Shown here one piece after another: positions 9,804-21,393 of a stretch of 32,000 nucleotides of DNA (its first letter is position 1; each line of letters starts with the position of its first letter). The notes under the pieces are model-generated. The model did not search any database. It saw only the letters and a list, made by a program, of their open reading frames with translations, and was not told where the DNA came from. Made by a program: the position numbers and the translations under genes. Where the stretch lies: sequence record CM123845.1. The stretch is one strand, 5' to 3'.

Positions 9804-10595
9804 CTAGGCACCACCCCAGTAATAGATACACACAAATAAAAATAACCATACGACATCTACCATATGCCAGTACCATGCAGCAGATTCAAACCCTACATGA
9901 TGACCTGGACTATAGTGACCACGAGCAAGACGATAGAGACACACTGTTAAAAAGAGTGTTCCAATCATGACATGAAATCCATGGAACCCTGTTGCAAGAT
10001 AAAAGGTTGAACCATAAATACCATCACTAATAGTAAAAGGGGCTTCCATGTATTCATAAGCCTGGAAGCCCGTAAAAATAGCTGCTAAAATCACAGTAGC
10101 ACCAAGAGCATACACACCTTCACGTTGATGACCAGCTAAAATGGCATGATGAGCCCATGTCACACTGGCACCGCTTGTCAGCAGTAACATGGTGTTTAAT
10201 AGGGGAATATCCCACGGGTTCACAGCCTCAATACCCTTTGGCGGCCATACACATCCAATATCTACTGTTGGTGATAGACTTGAGTGAAAAAATGCCCAAA
10301 AAAATGCGACAAAAAACATAATTTCAGACACAATAAAGAGTAACATTCCATATCGCAGTCCTGTTTGTACTTCTTGAGTATGATGTCCCTGAAAACTTGC
10401 TTCACGAATAACATCACGCCACCATACAATCATAGCATAGAGTACCATGCTAAAACCAAGACTCAATACAAGACCTCCATGTTCATAACTGTGCATATAC
10501 ATAACACCACCACATGTCATAACCAATGCTGCAAAACTGGCAAAAATTGGCCATGGACTGGGATCTACAAGATGAAATGGATGTTTTGATGACAT
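9804..10595 (-). CDS. cox3: cytochrome c oxidase subunit 3
   Basis: The conserved N-terminus [16 protein letters not shown] begins at the internal ATG 10593-10595. The 23 upstream codons of the 286-aa ORF are unconserved. Confidence 0.95.
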   Translation of the reverse strand: MSSKHPFHLVDPSPWPIFASFAALVMTCGGVMYMHSYEHGGLVLSLGFSMVLYAMIVWWRDVIREASFQGHHTQEVQTGLRYGMLLFIVSEIMFFVAFFWAFFHSSLSPTVDIGCVWPPKGIEAVNPWDIPLLNTMLLLTSGASVTWAHHAILAGHQREGVYALGATVILAAIFTGFQAYEYMEAPFTISDGIYGSTFYLATGFHGFHVMIGTLFLTVCLYRLARGHYSPGHHVGFESAAWYWHMVDVVWLFLFVCIYYWGGA

Positions 10596-10682
10596 ACATT
10601 GTCTATTTTTTAGATCACTATCTCTTTGTATACCTTGAGGTTTGAAATAGTAGACACAATACAAGTATTGGATACAACACGT

Positions 10683-11462
10683 CTAGATGTCCTCTAAACG
10701 TTCAGCAATCCAATCCACATAGTTTTCTAAAGGCACTGCCTCCACCACAATAGGCATAAAGCCATGGTTGACACCGCAAAGTTCACTACATTGACCATAA
10801 AACACACCTTCACGACGAATATAGACAGGAACTTGGTTGAGACGACCAGGGACAGCATCACATTTCACACCAAGGCTTGGTACAGCCCAACTATGTAGTA
10901 CATCGGCAGCAGTAATAACCACACGTACATGGGTATGTACTGGTACAACCATACGATTATCCACTTCTAAAAGTCGAAGTTGTCCTAGTTCCAATTCATC
11001 ATCGGGAATCATATAACTATCAAATTGAATACTGTCTTCGTCACCTTCTGCATAGTCACTATACTCATAGGTCCAATACCACTGATGGCCAATGGCTTTT
11101 ACAGTGACTGCGGGATCCACAACCTCATCAAGACTATAGAGCAATGCAAAACTTGGCACCGCAATCATAACAAGAATTAAACTGGGTGTCACTGTCCATA
11201 GTACTTCAATAAGTGTACCATGAATAATTTTTTGTGGAAGTGGATTACGTGATGCACGAAAGTGATACAGAGTACGTGCTAGCATCCATGTCACAAATAC
11301 AGCCACAAAGATAACAAAAAACATAAGATCATGGTGTAAATCCATAATACCTTGGGCAATGGGTGTAGCAGGGTCTTGAAAACCCATTTGCCATGGTTCA
11401 GGCGCATCCATACGTGCATACACCGGCATACAGAGACCCAGTACAAACATTTTTAGAGCCAT
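10683..11462 (-). CDS. cox2: cytochrome c oxidase subunit 2
   Basis: CuA site [13 protein letters not shown] and [17 protein letters not shown] chose the start at ATG 11460-11462 (MALKMFVLG…) because the longer ORF-track version runs into trnI (11544-11617). Confidence 0.94.
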   Translation of the reverse strand: MALKMFVLGLCMPVYARMDAPEPWQMGFQDPATPIAQGIMDLHHDLMFFVIFVAVFVTWMLARTLYHFRASRNPLPQKIIHGTLIEVLWTVTPSLILVMIAVPSFALLYSLDEVVDPAVTVKAIGHQWYWTYEYSDYAEGDEDSIQFDSYMIPDDELELGQLRLLEVDNRMVVPVHTHVRVVITAADVLHSWAVPSLGVKCDAVPGRLNQVPVYIRREGVFYGQCSELCGVNHGFMPIVVEAVPLENYVDWIAERLEDI

Positions 11463-11543
11463 ACAGAATTGGAATATTTTTTGATATACATAGTATGTGG
11501 ATACCATATACATATATATATCATGAATAGCATCAACAATATT

Positions 11544-11617
11544 TGAGCAAGAAGGGACTTGAACCCCCGACATCACGCTTATCAAGCGTGTACTCTAACC
11601 AACTGAGTTACTTGCTC
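11544..11617 (-). tRNA. trnI: tRNA-Ile (anticodon GAU)
   Basis: Reverse strand with acceptor GAGCAAG/CTTGCTC, D-arm ACTC..GAGT, anticodon stem CACGC/GCGTG with loop TTGATAA, and T-loop TTCAAGT. 74 nt. Confidence 0.9.
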
Positions 11618-11742
11618 CACATATGTGTAGTATAGAGGTCTATGAGATACTTACAGCAGTGTGGAGCTGTCTCTATATAACATACAGATCTCTGTGTATT
11701 TTATATAGATGTGCATGTGGATGTGTGCATTCTATATGTGCT

Positions 11743-11825
11743 GGGAGAGTGGCTGAGTGGCTAAAGGCGACGGACTGTAACTCCGTTGACGGTAGTCTAC
11801 GCAGGTTCGAATCCTGCCTCTCCCA
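11743..11825 (+). tRNA. trnY: tRNA-Tyr (anticodon GUA), long variable arm
   Basis: Acceptor GGGAGAG/CTCTCCC, anticodon stem ACGGA/TCCGT with loop CTGTAAC, a bacterial-type long extra arm (TGACGGTAGTCTACG), and T-arm GCAGG-TTCGAAT-CCTGC. 83 nt. Confidence 0.9.
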
Positions 11826-11880
11826 GAGACTCTATATCTATAGAAATCTATGGATATGGACTGATAAAATCGAGATATTT

Positions 11881-12339
11881 ATGCCACAACTTGATCATGT
11901 GACCTATCTTTCACAATATTTTTGGCTATGTGTTTTTTATGGTGGTCTTTACTACGGTGCAACAAAGTATTGGTTACCTCGTGTAAGTCGTATTATGGCG
12001 TATCGTCAAGCACGTATTCAACATATGCAGCACCACGCCGGCGACTCCAGTGAAGAAGTACAGCATGTAGAGCATAGTGTTCATGGTGTATTAAGCCAAG
12101 CTCATCATGAAGCTCGTAGTGCCATGCACACGGCTCAAACCCAAGCACAAACATGGACTCATGCCACACGTCGTGATATTATGACCCATCACTATGGTGG
12201 TGCCGATGCTGCATATATGCGACACATGGCACAACAGGTAGTTAGCCAGGAATGTGCCTATTATCATGCCCTCACACAAGCTCCTCTGTCCCTACGTGTA
12301 GCGTATATGGTACGCGCTATTCGTGAGGCTCGTGGATAA
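11881..12339 (+). CDS. atp8: ATP synthase F0 subunit 8 (ymf19/orfB-like), with long C-terminal extension
   Basis: ATG at 11881 opens with the canonical MPQLDHVTYLSQYFWLCVFY. The upstream part of the 238-aa ORF-track entry runs through trnY and is discarded. Confidence 0.85.
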   Translation: MPQLDHVTYLSQYFWLCVFYGGLYYGATKYWLPRVSRIMAYRQARIQHMQHHAGDSSEEVQHVEHSVHGVLSQAHHEARSAMHTAQTQAQTWTHATRRDIMTHHYGGADAAYMRHMAQQVVSQECAYYHALTQAPLSLRVAYMVRAIREARG

Positions 12340-12359
12340 CATTGGAAAACATAATATAC

Positions 12360-12905
12360 ATGGTTCGCACTCGTGATGTACGCTGGTATGTAGCAGCATT
12401 TTTGCTATGGTGTGTCTGTAGCAGTAAACATATTTTCATCTATAATGAAGAAACTCTTGTAGCTCTGAGTTTTTTTCTATTTGTCTATCTTGTGTATACC
12501 TATGCTGGCGACAGTATTGGTGCTAGTATGGATAGTCGTGGACACGATATTGCTCAAGAAATGGAACAGTCCCTTGTAACACGTGAACAAGCACTTCAAT
12601 CTCTGATTCATGTGCATACATCAACCACACATGTAGGAGCATCTATGGCCACATTAGCGCATACAGTGCAACATAATGTCGCTGGCTATGCTCAAGCATG
12701 TACGGATATGGTTCGCCAAGATGTATGTCGTGGTATTCATCAACGATGTGCCTATATGCATCATATGTCGGCTGGACAAACATCTCGCATGGTTCAACAG
12801 GTTGCCATGGGAATTCCAGCTCTGGTGATGTTAGAACATGGTATCTATGATTCTGGCGTATCTTCTGACGTGATTCACAAAGCTCTCGAGGCTCTTTCAG
12901 ACTAG
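12360..12905 (+). CDS. atp4: ATP synthase F0 subunit b (ymf39-like)
   Basis: The ORF-track start at 12342 is TTG and the first ATG is at 12360. It has one N-terminal TM segment followed by IFIYNEETLVALSFFLFV, which is typical of mitochondrial atp4/ymf39. It lies immediately downstream of atp8. Confidence 0.7.
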   Translation: MVRTRDVRWYVAAFLLWCVCSSKHIFIYNEETLVALSFFLFVYLVYTYAGDSIGASMDSRGHDIAQEMEQSLVTREQALQSLIHVHTSTTHVGASMATLAHTVQHNVAGYAQACTDMVRQDVCRGIHQRCAYMHHMSAGQTSRMVQQVAMGIPALVMLEHGIYDSGVSSDVIHKALEALSD

Positions 12906-12923
12906 ACGTCTACTCATGTGTTT

Positions 12924-13006
12924 GCTCACTTGGTGGAATTGGCTATACACGACAGACTTAAAATCTGTTCCCATATGGGATACCGGTTCAAGTCCGGTAG
13001 TGAGCA
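12924..13006 (+). tRNA. trnL: tRNA-Leu (anticodon UAA), long variable arm
   Basis: Acceptor GCTCACT/AGTGAGC, anticodon loop CTTAAAA, extra arm TCCCATATGGGA, and T-arm CCGGT-TCAAGTC-CGG region. 83 nt. Confidence 0.9.
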
Positions 13007-13020
13007 CGTGAATGTGTCGA

Positions 13021-13094
13021 GCACTCTTAGCTCAGATGGCTAGAGCGCCAACCTTCTAAGTTGAGGGTCGCAGGTTCAAATCCTGCAGAGTGCA
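13021..13094 (+). tRNA. trnR: tRNA-Arg (anticodon UCU)
   Basis: Acceptor GCACTCT/AGAGTGC, D-arm GCTC..GAGC, anticodon loop CTTCTAA, and T-arm GCAGG-TTCAAAT-CCTGC. 74 nt. Confidence 0.9.
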
Positions 13095-13140
13095 TAGTAG
13101 ACAATGCGTGTACAGGTGTGTAAAAACCATAATAGTAATA

Positions 13141-15135
13141 ATGTATCTGCTGATTATCACCCTGCCACTTATGGCAAGTTTGACTGCAGGATTCGGTGGT
13201 CGATATCTTGGACATCGTGGAGCTGCACTGATTACCACAGGAAGTGTGGCAATCACCGCATGCCTCTCTATGATGGCCTTGTATGAAGTGGGATTTCAGG
13301 CAAGTCCATGTAGTATTGCCCTGAGTCCGTGGTTTGTGTCTGATTTATTTCAGGCTCGATGGGGTTTTTATTTTGATACACTTACATGTGTGATGTTGGT
13401 TGTTATTACCGGTGTAAGTAGTTTAGTGCATCTCTATTCCACAGGATATATGAGTGCAGATCCTCATATTCCACGATTTATGAGTTATTTATCTATTTTT
13501 ACCTTTTTCATGGTGATGTTGGTAACAGCTGATAATTTTGTACAACTTTTTTTTGGTTGGGAGGGTGTTGGTCTTGCCAGTTATCTCTTGATTAATTTTT
13601 GGTTTACACGCGTTGCTGCCAATAAGGCCAGTATTAAGGCCATGGTGATGAATCGTATCGGTGATGTTGGTCTAGCACTGGGTACCTTTGCTGTCTATAT
13701 GCAGTATCAAAGTGTGGATTTTGCTACTGTATTTGCATGTGCACCCCACTGTTCTCAACATACCTTTATGATGTGGGGTATTCCAGTGAATTGGAATGAT
13801 TTAGCCTGTATCCTTTTATTTATTGGTGCTATGGGAAAATCTGCTCAAATGGGACTTCATACATGGCTACCTGATGCTATGGAGGGTCCAACACCCGTGT
13901 CGGCGTTAATTCACGCCGCCACCATGGTTACAGCAGGTGTCTTTTTATTAGCTCGTCTCAGTCCACTCTATGAATCATCTCCAACAGCACTAGCATGTGT
14001 TACGGTTATTGGTGCTATGACATGTCTTTTTGCGGCAACAACCGGAGCATTTCAACATGATATGAAGCGTGTTATTGCCTATTCTACAGCCAGTCAATTA
14101 GGATATATGATGGTAGCATGTGGTATGTCTCAATATGCCCTTGGTGTATATCATTTAGCCAATCATGCTTTTTTCAAAGCACTTCTCTTTTTAAGTGCTG
14201 GAAGTGTGATTCATGCACTGGGAGATGAACAGGATATGCGACGTATGGGAGGTCTTGTACGACTATTACCCTTATCCTATGCTATGACATTGATTGGTAC
14301 ATTAGCACTTGTTGGATGGCCATATCTTACAGGTTTTTATAGTAAAGATGTGATCCTAGAAATTTCTGGTGGACAGTATACATCCATGGGAAATTTTGCA
14401 TGGTGTATTACCACATTGGTGGTGTTTTTAACAAGTTACTATAGTTTTCGACTTCTTTTTTTAGTATTTCTTGTACCACCACGTGCAAGTCGTGTATCCA
14501 TGTCCCATGTTCATGAAGCGCCAGTCGCTATGGCTGTACCTTTATATATCTTAGCTGTAGGAAGTATTTTTGTGGGATATCTATCTCGAGATATGTTTAT
14601 TGGTCTGGGAACGGATTTTTGGGGAAATGCTCTCTATACATCACCATATCATGACTCTATGGTGGAATCAGAGTATCTCGATCAATGGATTCGTCTTATT
14701 CCAGTTTTTGGTACATTAGCAGGTCTTGGTGTAGCCTATATCACATGTATGGTTTCTCCGGCATGGGTAGAGTCTCTACACACGCATCCCTGGTATCGTT
14801 CGGTGATGCGTTTTTATAATCGTCGTTGGTTTGTGGATGTGGTGTATAATGCATATGTAGCTCGTCCGGCAATGGTATGGGGATATCGCACGAGTTTTCG
14901 TGCACTCGATCGTGGTCTTCTAGAAATGATGGGGCCACAAGGTCTTTCGCAGTGTAGTCTTGCGCTTGCACAACGTCTCCGTCAACTACAGTCTGGTTAT
15001 ATGTATCACTATGCACTTGTGATGCTGTTTGGTGTTACGGTCTGTGTTGCACTGGCAAGTATGTCATCCCTTTCTGTGGATGCTCGTCTTGTTGGTGTTC
15101 TTCTGGTGTCTGGACTGGTTTCACCGGTGCTCTAA
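13141..15135 (+). CDS. nad5: NADH dehydrogenase subunit 5
   Basis: The conserved start MYLLIITLPLMASLTAGFGGRYLG is at ATG 13141. The ORF-track start at 13090 lies inside trnR(UCU). Also has FFGWEGVGLASYLLINFW and other ND5 motifs. Confidence 0.96.
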   Translation: MYLLIITLPLMASLTAGFGGRYLGHRGAALITTGSVAITACLSMMALYEVGFQASPCSIALSPWFVSDLFQARWGFYFDTLTCVMLVVITGVSSLVHLYSTGYMSADPHIPRFMSYLSIFTFFMVMLVTADNFVQLFFGWEGVGLASYLLINFWFTRVAANKASIKAMVMNRIGDVGLALGTFAVYMQYQSVDFATVFACAPHCSQHTFMMWGIPVNWNDLACILLFIGAMGKSAQMGLHTWLPDAMEGPTPVSALIHAATMVTAGVFLLARLSPLYESSPTALACVTVIGAMTCLFAATTGAFQHDMKRVIAYSTASQLGYMMVACGMSQYALGVYHLANHAFFKALLFLSAGSVIHALGDEQDMRRMGGLVRLLPLSYAMTLIGTLALVGWPYLTGFYSKDVILEISGGQYTSMGNFAWCITTLVVFLTSYYSFRLLFLVFLVPPRASRVSMSHVHEAPVAMAVPLYILAVGSIFVGYLSRDMFIGLGTDFWGNALYTSPYHDSMVESEYLDQWIRLIPVFGTLAGLGVAYITCMVSPAWVESLHTHPWYRSVMRFYNRRWFVDVVYNAYVARPAMVWGYRTSFRALDRGLLEMMGPQGLSQCSLALAQRLRQLQSGYMYHYALVMLFGVTVCVALASMSSLSVDARLVGVLLVSGLVSPVL

Positions 15136-15150
15136 AAATAGATATATCTC

Positions 15151-16620
15151 ATGTCCCCTCTTGCCCTTGTACTGTGTATGCCTATTGTTGGTGCCATGGT
15201 GTTACCAATACTTCCACGTGGTATGTCCAACACCTACAAAATGTGGACCCTCTGGACTATGGTGTTGACATTTGTACTCTCACTGGTTTTATGGGTTGAA
15301 TTTGATGCATCAACACCACTCTATCAATATGTGTTTGACGTTTCCTTTGGTGGTGCTAGCAGTATGCTGGATACAACACACTTTCGATTTGGTCTCGATG
15401 GTATTTCACTGTTTTTTGTGCTCTTAACGACATTTTTAATGCCTATTTGTTTATTAGCAAGTTGGCATAGTGTGCAACATCGTGTTCGTGAATACTGTAT
15501 TGCATTTTTACTTATGGAAAGCATGGTGATGGCTGTATTTTCAGCTCTCGACTTATTGCTTTTCTATGTTTTTTTCGAAAGTGTGCTCTTGCCCATGTTT
15601 TTGGTTATTGGGGTGTGGGGTGCACGTGAACGTAAAATTCGTGCTGCATATCAATTCTTTCTCTATACACTTTTGGGTTCCGTGCTCATGCTATTAGGTG
15701 TCTTACTCATGGCATTTCAATGTGGAAGTACAGATATTGATATGCTCTACACAACCACATGGAGTGAATCTCGCGAACTTCTTTTATGGGTAGCTATGTT
15801 TGCCAGTTTTGCTGTTAAGGTTCCTATGGTTCCAGTACATATTTGGCTTCCAGAAGCTCACGTGGAGGCACCTACTGCTGGAAGTCTCGTGTTAGCGGGT
15901 GTTCTTTTAAAATTAGGAACCTATGGTTTTTTACGTTTTTCAATCCCCATGTTTCCGTATGCCACACTCTATTTTACACCACTTATGCTAACCATGAGTG
16001 TGGTTGCTATTGTCTATACAAGTTTAACAACACTTCGACAAGTTGATTTAAAAAAAATCATTGCGTATTCAAGTGTTGCCCATATGAATTTTGTCACACT
16101 TGGTCTCTTTAGTCTGAATACACAGGGAATTGAAGGTGCTATTGTATTAATGTTAAGCCATGGTGTGGTATCACCGGCACTCTTTTTATGTGTCGGTGTT
16201 CTGTATGATCGTCATAAAACTCGTGTATTACGATACTATGCAGGTATGGCTCGTACGATGCCACTTTTTGCTCTTCTTTTTGTCTTTTTTACCATGGCCA
16301 ACATTAGTCTTCCAGGAACAAGTAGTTTTGTAGGAGAATTTCTCGTGTTTGCTGGTATTTTTCAAACATCAACTTGGGCAGCATCTCTTGCAGCAAGTGG
16401 TATGATTTTAGGCGCCGGGTATGGACTATGGTTGTGTAATCGTGTTTTATATGGTGTTCCAAAACCACACTTTATGAATACAACAGCTGATATCAATCGA
16501 CGTGAATTTTGGTGTTTTGTACCACTCATTCTAGTGGTACTTTGGATGGGGCTCTATCCCGAATCCTATCTTTCTGTCATGCATAGCAGTGTGGCTCATG
16601 TCATTTACCATGGTCTCTAG
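15151..16620 (+). CDS. nad4: NADH dehydrogenase subunit 4
   Basis: 489-aa ORF with …VHIWLPEAHVEAPTAGSLVLAGVLLKLGTYGFLRF… and …IIAYSSVAHMNFV…. Confidence 0.96.
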   Translation: MSPLALVLCMPIVGAMVLPILPRGMSNTYKMWTLWTMVLTFVLSLVLWVEFDASTPLYQYVFDVSFGGASSMLDTTHFRFGLDGISLFFVLLTTFLMPICLLASWHSVQHRVREYCIAFLLMESMVMAVFSALDLLLFYVFFESVLLPMFLVIGVWGARERKIRAAYQFFLYTLLGSVLMLLGVLLMAFQCGSTDIDMLYTTTWSESRELLLWVAMFASFAVKVPMVPVHIWLPEAHVEAPTAGSLVLAGVLLKLGTYGFLRFSIPMFPYATLYFTPLMLTMSVVAIVYTSLTTLRQVDLKKIIAYSSVAHMNFVTLGLFSLNTQGIEGAIVLMLSHGVVSPALFLCVGVLYDRHKTRVLRYYAGMARTMPLFALLFVFFTMANISLPGTSSFVGEFLVFAGIFQTSTWAASLAASGMILGAGYGLWLCNRVLYGVPKPHFMNTTADINRREFWCFVPLILVVLWMGLYPESYLSVMHSSVAHVIYHGL

Positions 16621-16747
16621 TAGAGAGTACACACATGTGTTATGTGGTATATAGACAATGTATAGTTACATTATGCAGTGTGTGATTTGTGTGTGTGTCT
16701 CTCTATATAGAGCTATTTGAGAAGCACCTATTTCTTTTGTTGTATAG

Positions 16748-18349
<1,602 letters not shown>

Positions 18350-18549
18350 TAGACACAGTATTGAATGGTTTTGTCTGATAGATGTCTTTAGCGATGCATG
18401 GTTTCAAGAGGGATATACTCTCTCTCATACATCACTTTGACATGATATATCAACAAACCATGTATACTATACATCTATGTAGTATATAGATAGATGCTAT
18501 GTATATACGATCTATCATAATGATATTGTCTTATGATAGATGCCACTAT

Positions 18550-20014
18550 ATGACATGAGTTTGATCCTGGCTCAGAATTAACGCTCGCGATACACCTAAC
18601 ACATGCAAGTCGAACGCATATACACATGTATATGAGTGGCGCACGGGTGCGTAACACGTGAGAATCTACCCATAGTTTGTAACGAAATGTTGCTGTGTCT
18701 ATCACAAGATATATATCGGCTATGGATGAGCTTGCGGGGTATTAGGTTGTTGGTGTGGTAATGGCGCACCAAGCCTGAGATGCCTAGCCGGTTTGAGAGA
18801 ATGATCGGCCACACTGGGACTGAGACACGGCCCAGACGCTTACGAGCGGCAGCAGTGGGGAATCTTGGACAATGGGCGCAAGCCTGATCCAGTGATATCG
18901 CTTTGGGGATGACGGCGACATACGTTGTAAACCCTATGCACTCTATATAGACATTGACCGTGTAGAGTGTCCAAGTCCCGGCTAATTTCGTGCCAGCAGC
19001 CGCGGTAATACGAGAGGGGCAAGCGTTATTCAAAATGATTGGGCGTAAAGCGCACGTAGGTGGTGGTATGGTGTGGTATGTATTCAAACCATGGGTTTTG
19101 TCGATAGATACAGACATCATAGCACTTGAGGACGTGAAAGGAGCATGGAATTTCCCAGGAAGCGGTAGAATGTGTTGATCTGGGAAGGAACACCAAACGC
19201 GAAGGCAGTGCTCTTGCACGTTCCTGACATTGAGGTGCGAAAGCGTGGGGAGCAAAAGGGATTAGATACCCCTGTAGTCCACGCTGTCAACGATGACCAT
19301 TCCCTATATTCCTGAGACTCAGGGATGTGGGTTAGCTAACGCGGTAAATGGTCCGCCTGAGGAGTACGATCGCAAGATTAAAACTCAAAGGAATAGACGG
19401 GGGCTCACACAAGTGGTGGAACATGTGGTTTAATTCGATACTACGCGCATAACCTTACCAGTTCTTGACATGATCCCTATGGATCACAGGTGTTGCATGG
19501 CTGTCGTCAGCTCGTGTGGTGACATGTTGGATTAATTTCCCGAACGAGCGAAACCCTGCCACATTGCACTATACACACGTACGTCAATGTGGACCGCCAG
19601 TGAGAGACTGGAGGCAGGATGGGATGACGTCAAGTCCTCATGACCCTTATGAACTGGGCTACACACGTGTTACAATGGTGTGAACAATACGTAGCAAGAC
19701 CGAAAGGTGGAGCCAATCGCCAAATCATACCTCAGTACGGATTGGTGTCTGCAACTCGACACCATCAAGCCGGAATCACTAGTAATCGTGGATCAGCACG
19801 CCACGGTGAATATGTACCTGAGCCTTGTACTCCCCGCCCGTCACACTCTGGGAGATGTATGTAGTGGAAGTACCTATACATGCCGTGTATGCCACGTGTC
19901 TTGTGAACAACACACACATCATACACTGTACATCATGGGTCCCAGACCGCATAGATCAACTGGAGTGAAGTCGTAACAAGGTAACCGTAGGGGAACCTGC
20001 GGTTGGATTGACTC
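18550..20014 (+). rRNA. rrnS: small-subunit rRNA (ends approximate by a few nt)
   Basis: The 5' end reads GAGTTTGATCCTGGCTCAG. Internally it has GTGCCAGCAGCCGCGGTAATAC, ATTAGATACCCTGTAGTCC and GCCCGTCACAC. The 3' end reads AAGTCGTAACAAGGTAACCGTAGGGGAACCTGCGGTTGGAT. Confidence 0.95.
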
Positions 20015-20563
20015 TTATTTTATATATAAACAATATAATCTCTTATGGTGAGATGTTGAGTGTGTTGTAGTATACATATATAATAGATGATAGAGACGTG
20101 TTTGAGATGTCTCGAGGGTATTTACACATTGACTCTGAGACTGTTGAAGTGTTGAATCCAAGTGGGATACAGGTGAAATACACTGAAGAAACGTTGTATA
20201 TAACGTGGTATGTGATGGAAGTGTACAAAGATGCATCACATCTTGATAACTTCGACATTGTTGGTTCCAATATCCACCAATCAATACCATAGAATACCCA
20301 TATTCTTGGGTGAGTGTATGTACACGATGCATATCTTCCATGGATGATACACCAATCATACATGTTGCCCCATGACACATATGAGTATGAGACATATATG
20401 GAATAAGATGTGAATTTTTACAAACCATACATGCCGCATGTGGTCCCAAAGACACACGAAGATGTTGCCATTGATCAACACGCATTCCTGTATATTGATA
20501 GAGCAACATATAGGGCCACTTTTGCATATAATAGTGTACTGGAGACATAGTATATGATGTCAT
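20015..20563 (-). CDS. rpl10: ribosomal protein L10 (divergent)
   Basis: 182-aa ORF. LLYQYTGMRVDQWQHLRVSLGPHAACMVCKNSHL aligns with the bacterial L10 core (vvaDyrGltV.qm.eLR..lr..g..l.VvKNtL). Further on, GATCMIGVS and LIGGYWNQQCRSYQDVMHLCTLPS compare with E. coli GPTLIAYS and …[22 protein letters not shown]. Confidence 0.68.
   Translation of the reverse strand: MTSYTMSPVHYYMQKWPYMLLYQYTGMRVDQWQHLRVSLGPHAACMVCKNSHLIPYMSHTHMCHGATCMIGVSSMEDMHRVHTLTQEYGYSMVLIGGYWNQQCRSYQDVMHLCTLPSHTTLYTTFLQCISPVSHLDSTLQQSQSQCVNTLETSQTRLYHLLYMYTTTHSTSHHKRLYCLYIK
20024..20043. repeat. copy 1 of exact 20-nt dispersed repeat atataaacaatataatctct
   Basis: Identical to 29071-29090, in the same orientation. It starts 10 nt past the rrnS 3' end and overlaps the last codons of rpl10 on the other strand. 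Confidence 0.95.
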
Positions 20564-20711
20564 GGCATCTATATTTTTTTTTCATATCATACCCAGATTC
20601 ATGAATCTATCTCTATGACATCATTGTATAGGCGTATGACAAGTAGTGATGTACTATGATTCTATACAACATCATCTATTCTCTATATAGTGTCTCTATG
20701 ACTATAGATAT

Positions 20712-20939
20712 TTATCGTGTCTCACGACGGTGTTGTGCACGACGTCGAGTTGACGCAAATTCACCCCATCGATGTCCTACCATATCTTGAGTGACATCAA
20801 GAGAGACATAGGTTTTTCCATTATGAATGGATACACGTCGTCCCACCCATTCGGGGGTAATCATAGAAGCTCGTGACCAAATCACCTGATCTGTAGAGGC
20901 AACGCGAGTATACGGTCCTTTCCATGCAGAACGTGTCAT
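20712..20939 (-). CDS. rps19: ribosomal protein S19
   Basis: 75-aa ORF MTRSAWKGPY…HNGKTYVSLDVTQDMVGHRWGEFASTR, which is the S19 signature. Confidence 0.92.
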   Translation of the reverse strand: MTRSAWKGPYTRVASTDQVIWSRASMITPEWVGRRVSIHNGKTYVSLDVTQDMVGHRWGEFASTRRRAQHRRETR

Positions 20940-20956
20940 AGGTCATACTACATTTT

Positions 20957-21376
20957 TTATCCAGCAATACCATGCCGTGTGACAAATCGCGTTGTCATGG
21001 GAAGTTTAAATCCCGCAAGATAGGCAGCACGGCGTGCTGTTTCTTGAGGCATACCACTGAGTTCTACCAATAGTGTTCCGGCGGGTACAGGACACACCCA
21101 AAAACTTGGTGCACCTTTACCTTTTCCCATACGAGATTCTGCAGATTTCCGCGTGACAGACCAGTCTGGAAATACACGAATCCAAATTTTCCCTTGACGA
21201 CGACATACACGAGTACACACACGTCGAATAGCTTCTAAATGACGAGCGGTCACTCGACCGGATGTACATGCTTGAATCCCATATTCACCAAAACATAAAT
21301 GTGATGTATTATTGGTTGGACTCACATGTGGTGGTTTATGATGTTTACGATATCGTGTACGTTTTGGTTGTAACAT
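20957..21376 (-). CDS. rpl16: ribosomal protein L16
   Basis: 139-aa ORF MLQPKRTRYRKHHK…RMGKGKGAPSFWVCPVPAGTLLVEL…, with L16 motifs. Confidence 0.94.
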   Translation of the reverse strand: MLQPKRTRYRKHHKPPHVSPTNNTSHLCFGEYGIQACTSGRVTARHLEAIRRVCTRVCRRQGKIWIRVFPDWSVTRKSAESRMGKGKGAPSFWVCPVPAGTLLVELSGMPQETARRAAYLAGFKLPMTTRFVTRHGIAG

Positions 21377-21393
21377 AGATAGAAAAACACTTT

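Noticed and set aside
11463-11585. Upstream extension of cox2 (ORF-track start 11585).
   Set aside because: It overlaps trnI(GAU) at 11544-11617 and is unconserved. Conserved COX2 sequence begins shortly after the ATG at 11462.
11623-11880. N-terminal 86 codons of the 238-aa ORF-track entry that fuses into atp8.
   Set aside because: The frame runs straight through trnY (11743-11825). The canonical atp8 start MPQLD is at 11881.
13090-13140. Upstream extension of nad5, and likewise 10596-10664 for cox3.
   Set aside because: The nad5 extension starts inside trnR(UCU). Both extensions precede the well-conserved N-termini (MYLLI…, [16 protein letters not shown]).
16688-16698. (TG)n microsatellite-like run in the nad4-cox1 spacer.
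   Set aside because: It is only 11 nt and is a trivial consequence of the compositional bias.
18596-19255. 219-aa minus-strand ORF, plus smaller ORFs at 18475-18705, 18840-19022, 18990-19178, 19640-19864 and 19707-19976.
   Set aside because: They lie entirely within rrnS, which carries universally conserved SSU rRNA strings on the plus strand. They show no protein-like conservation and are chance frames in structured RNA.
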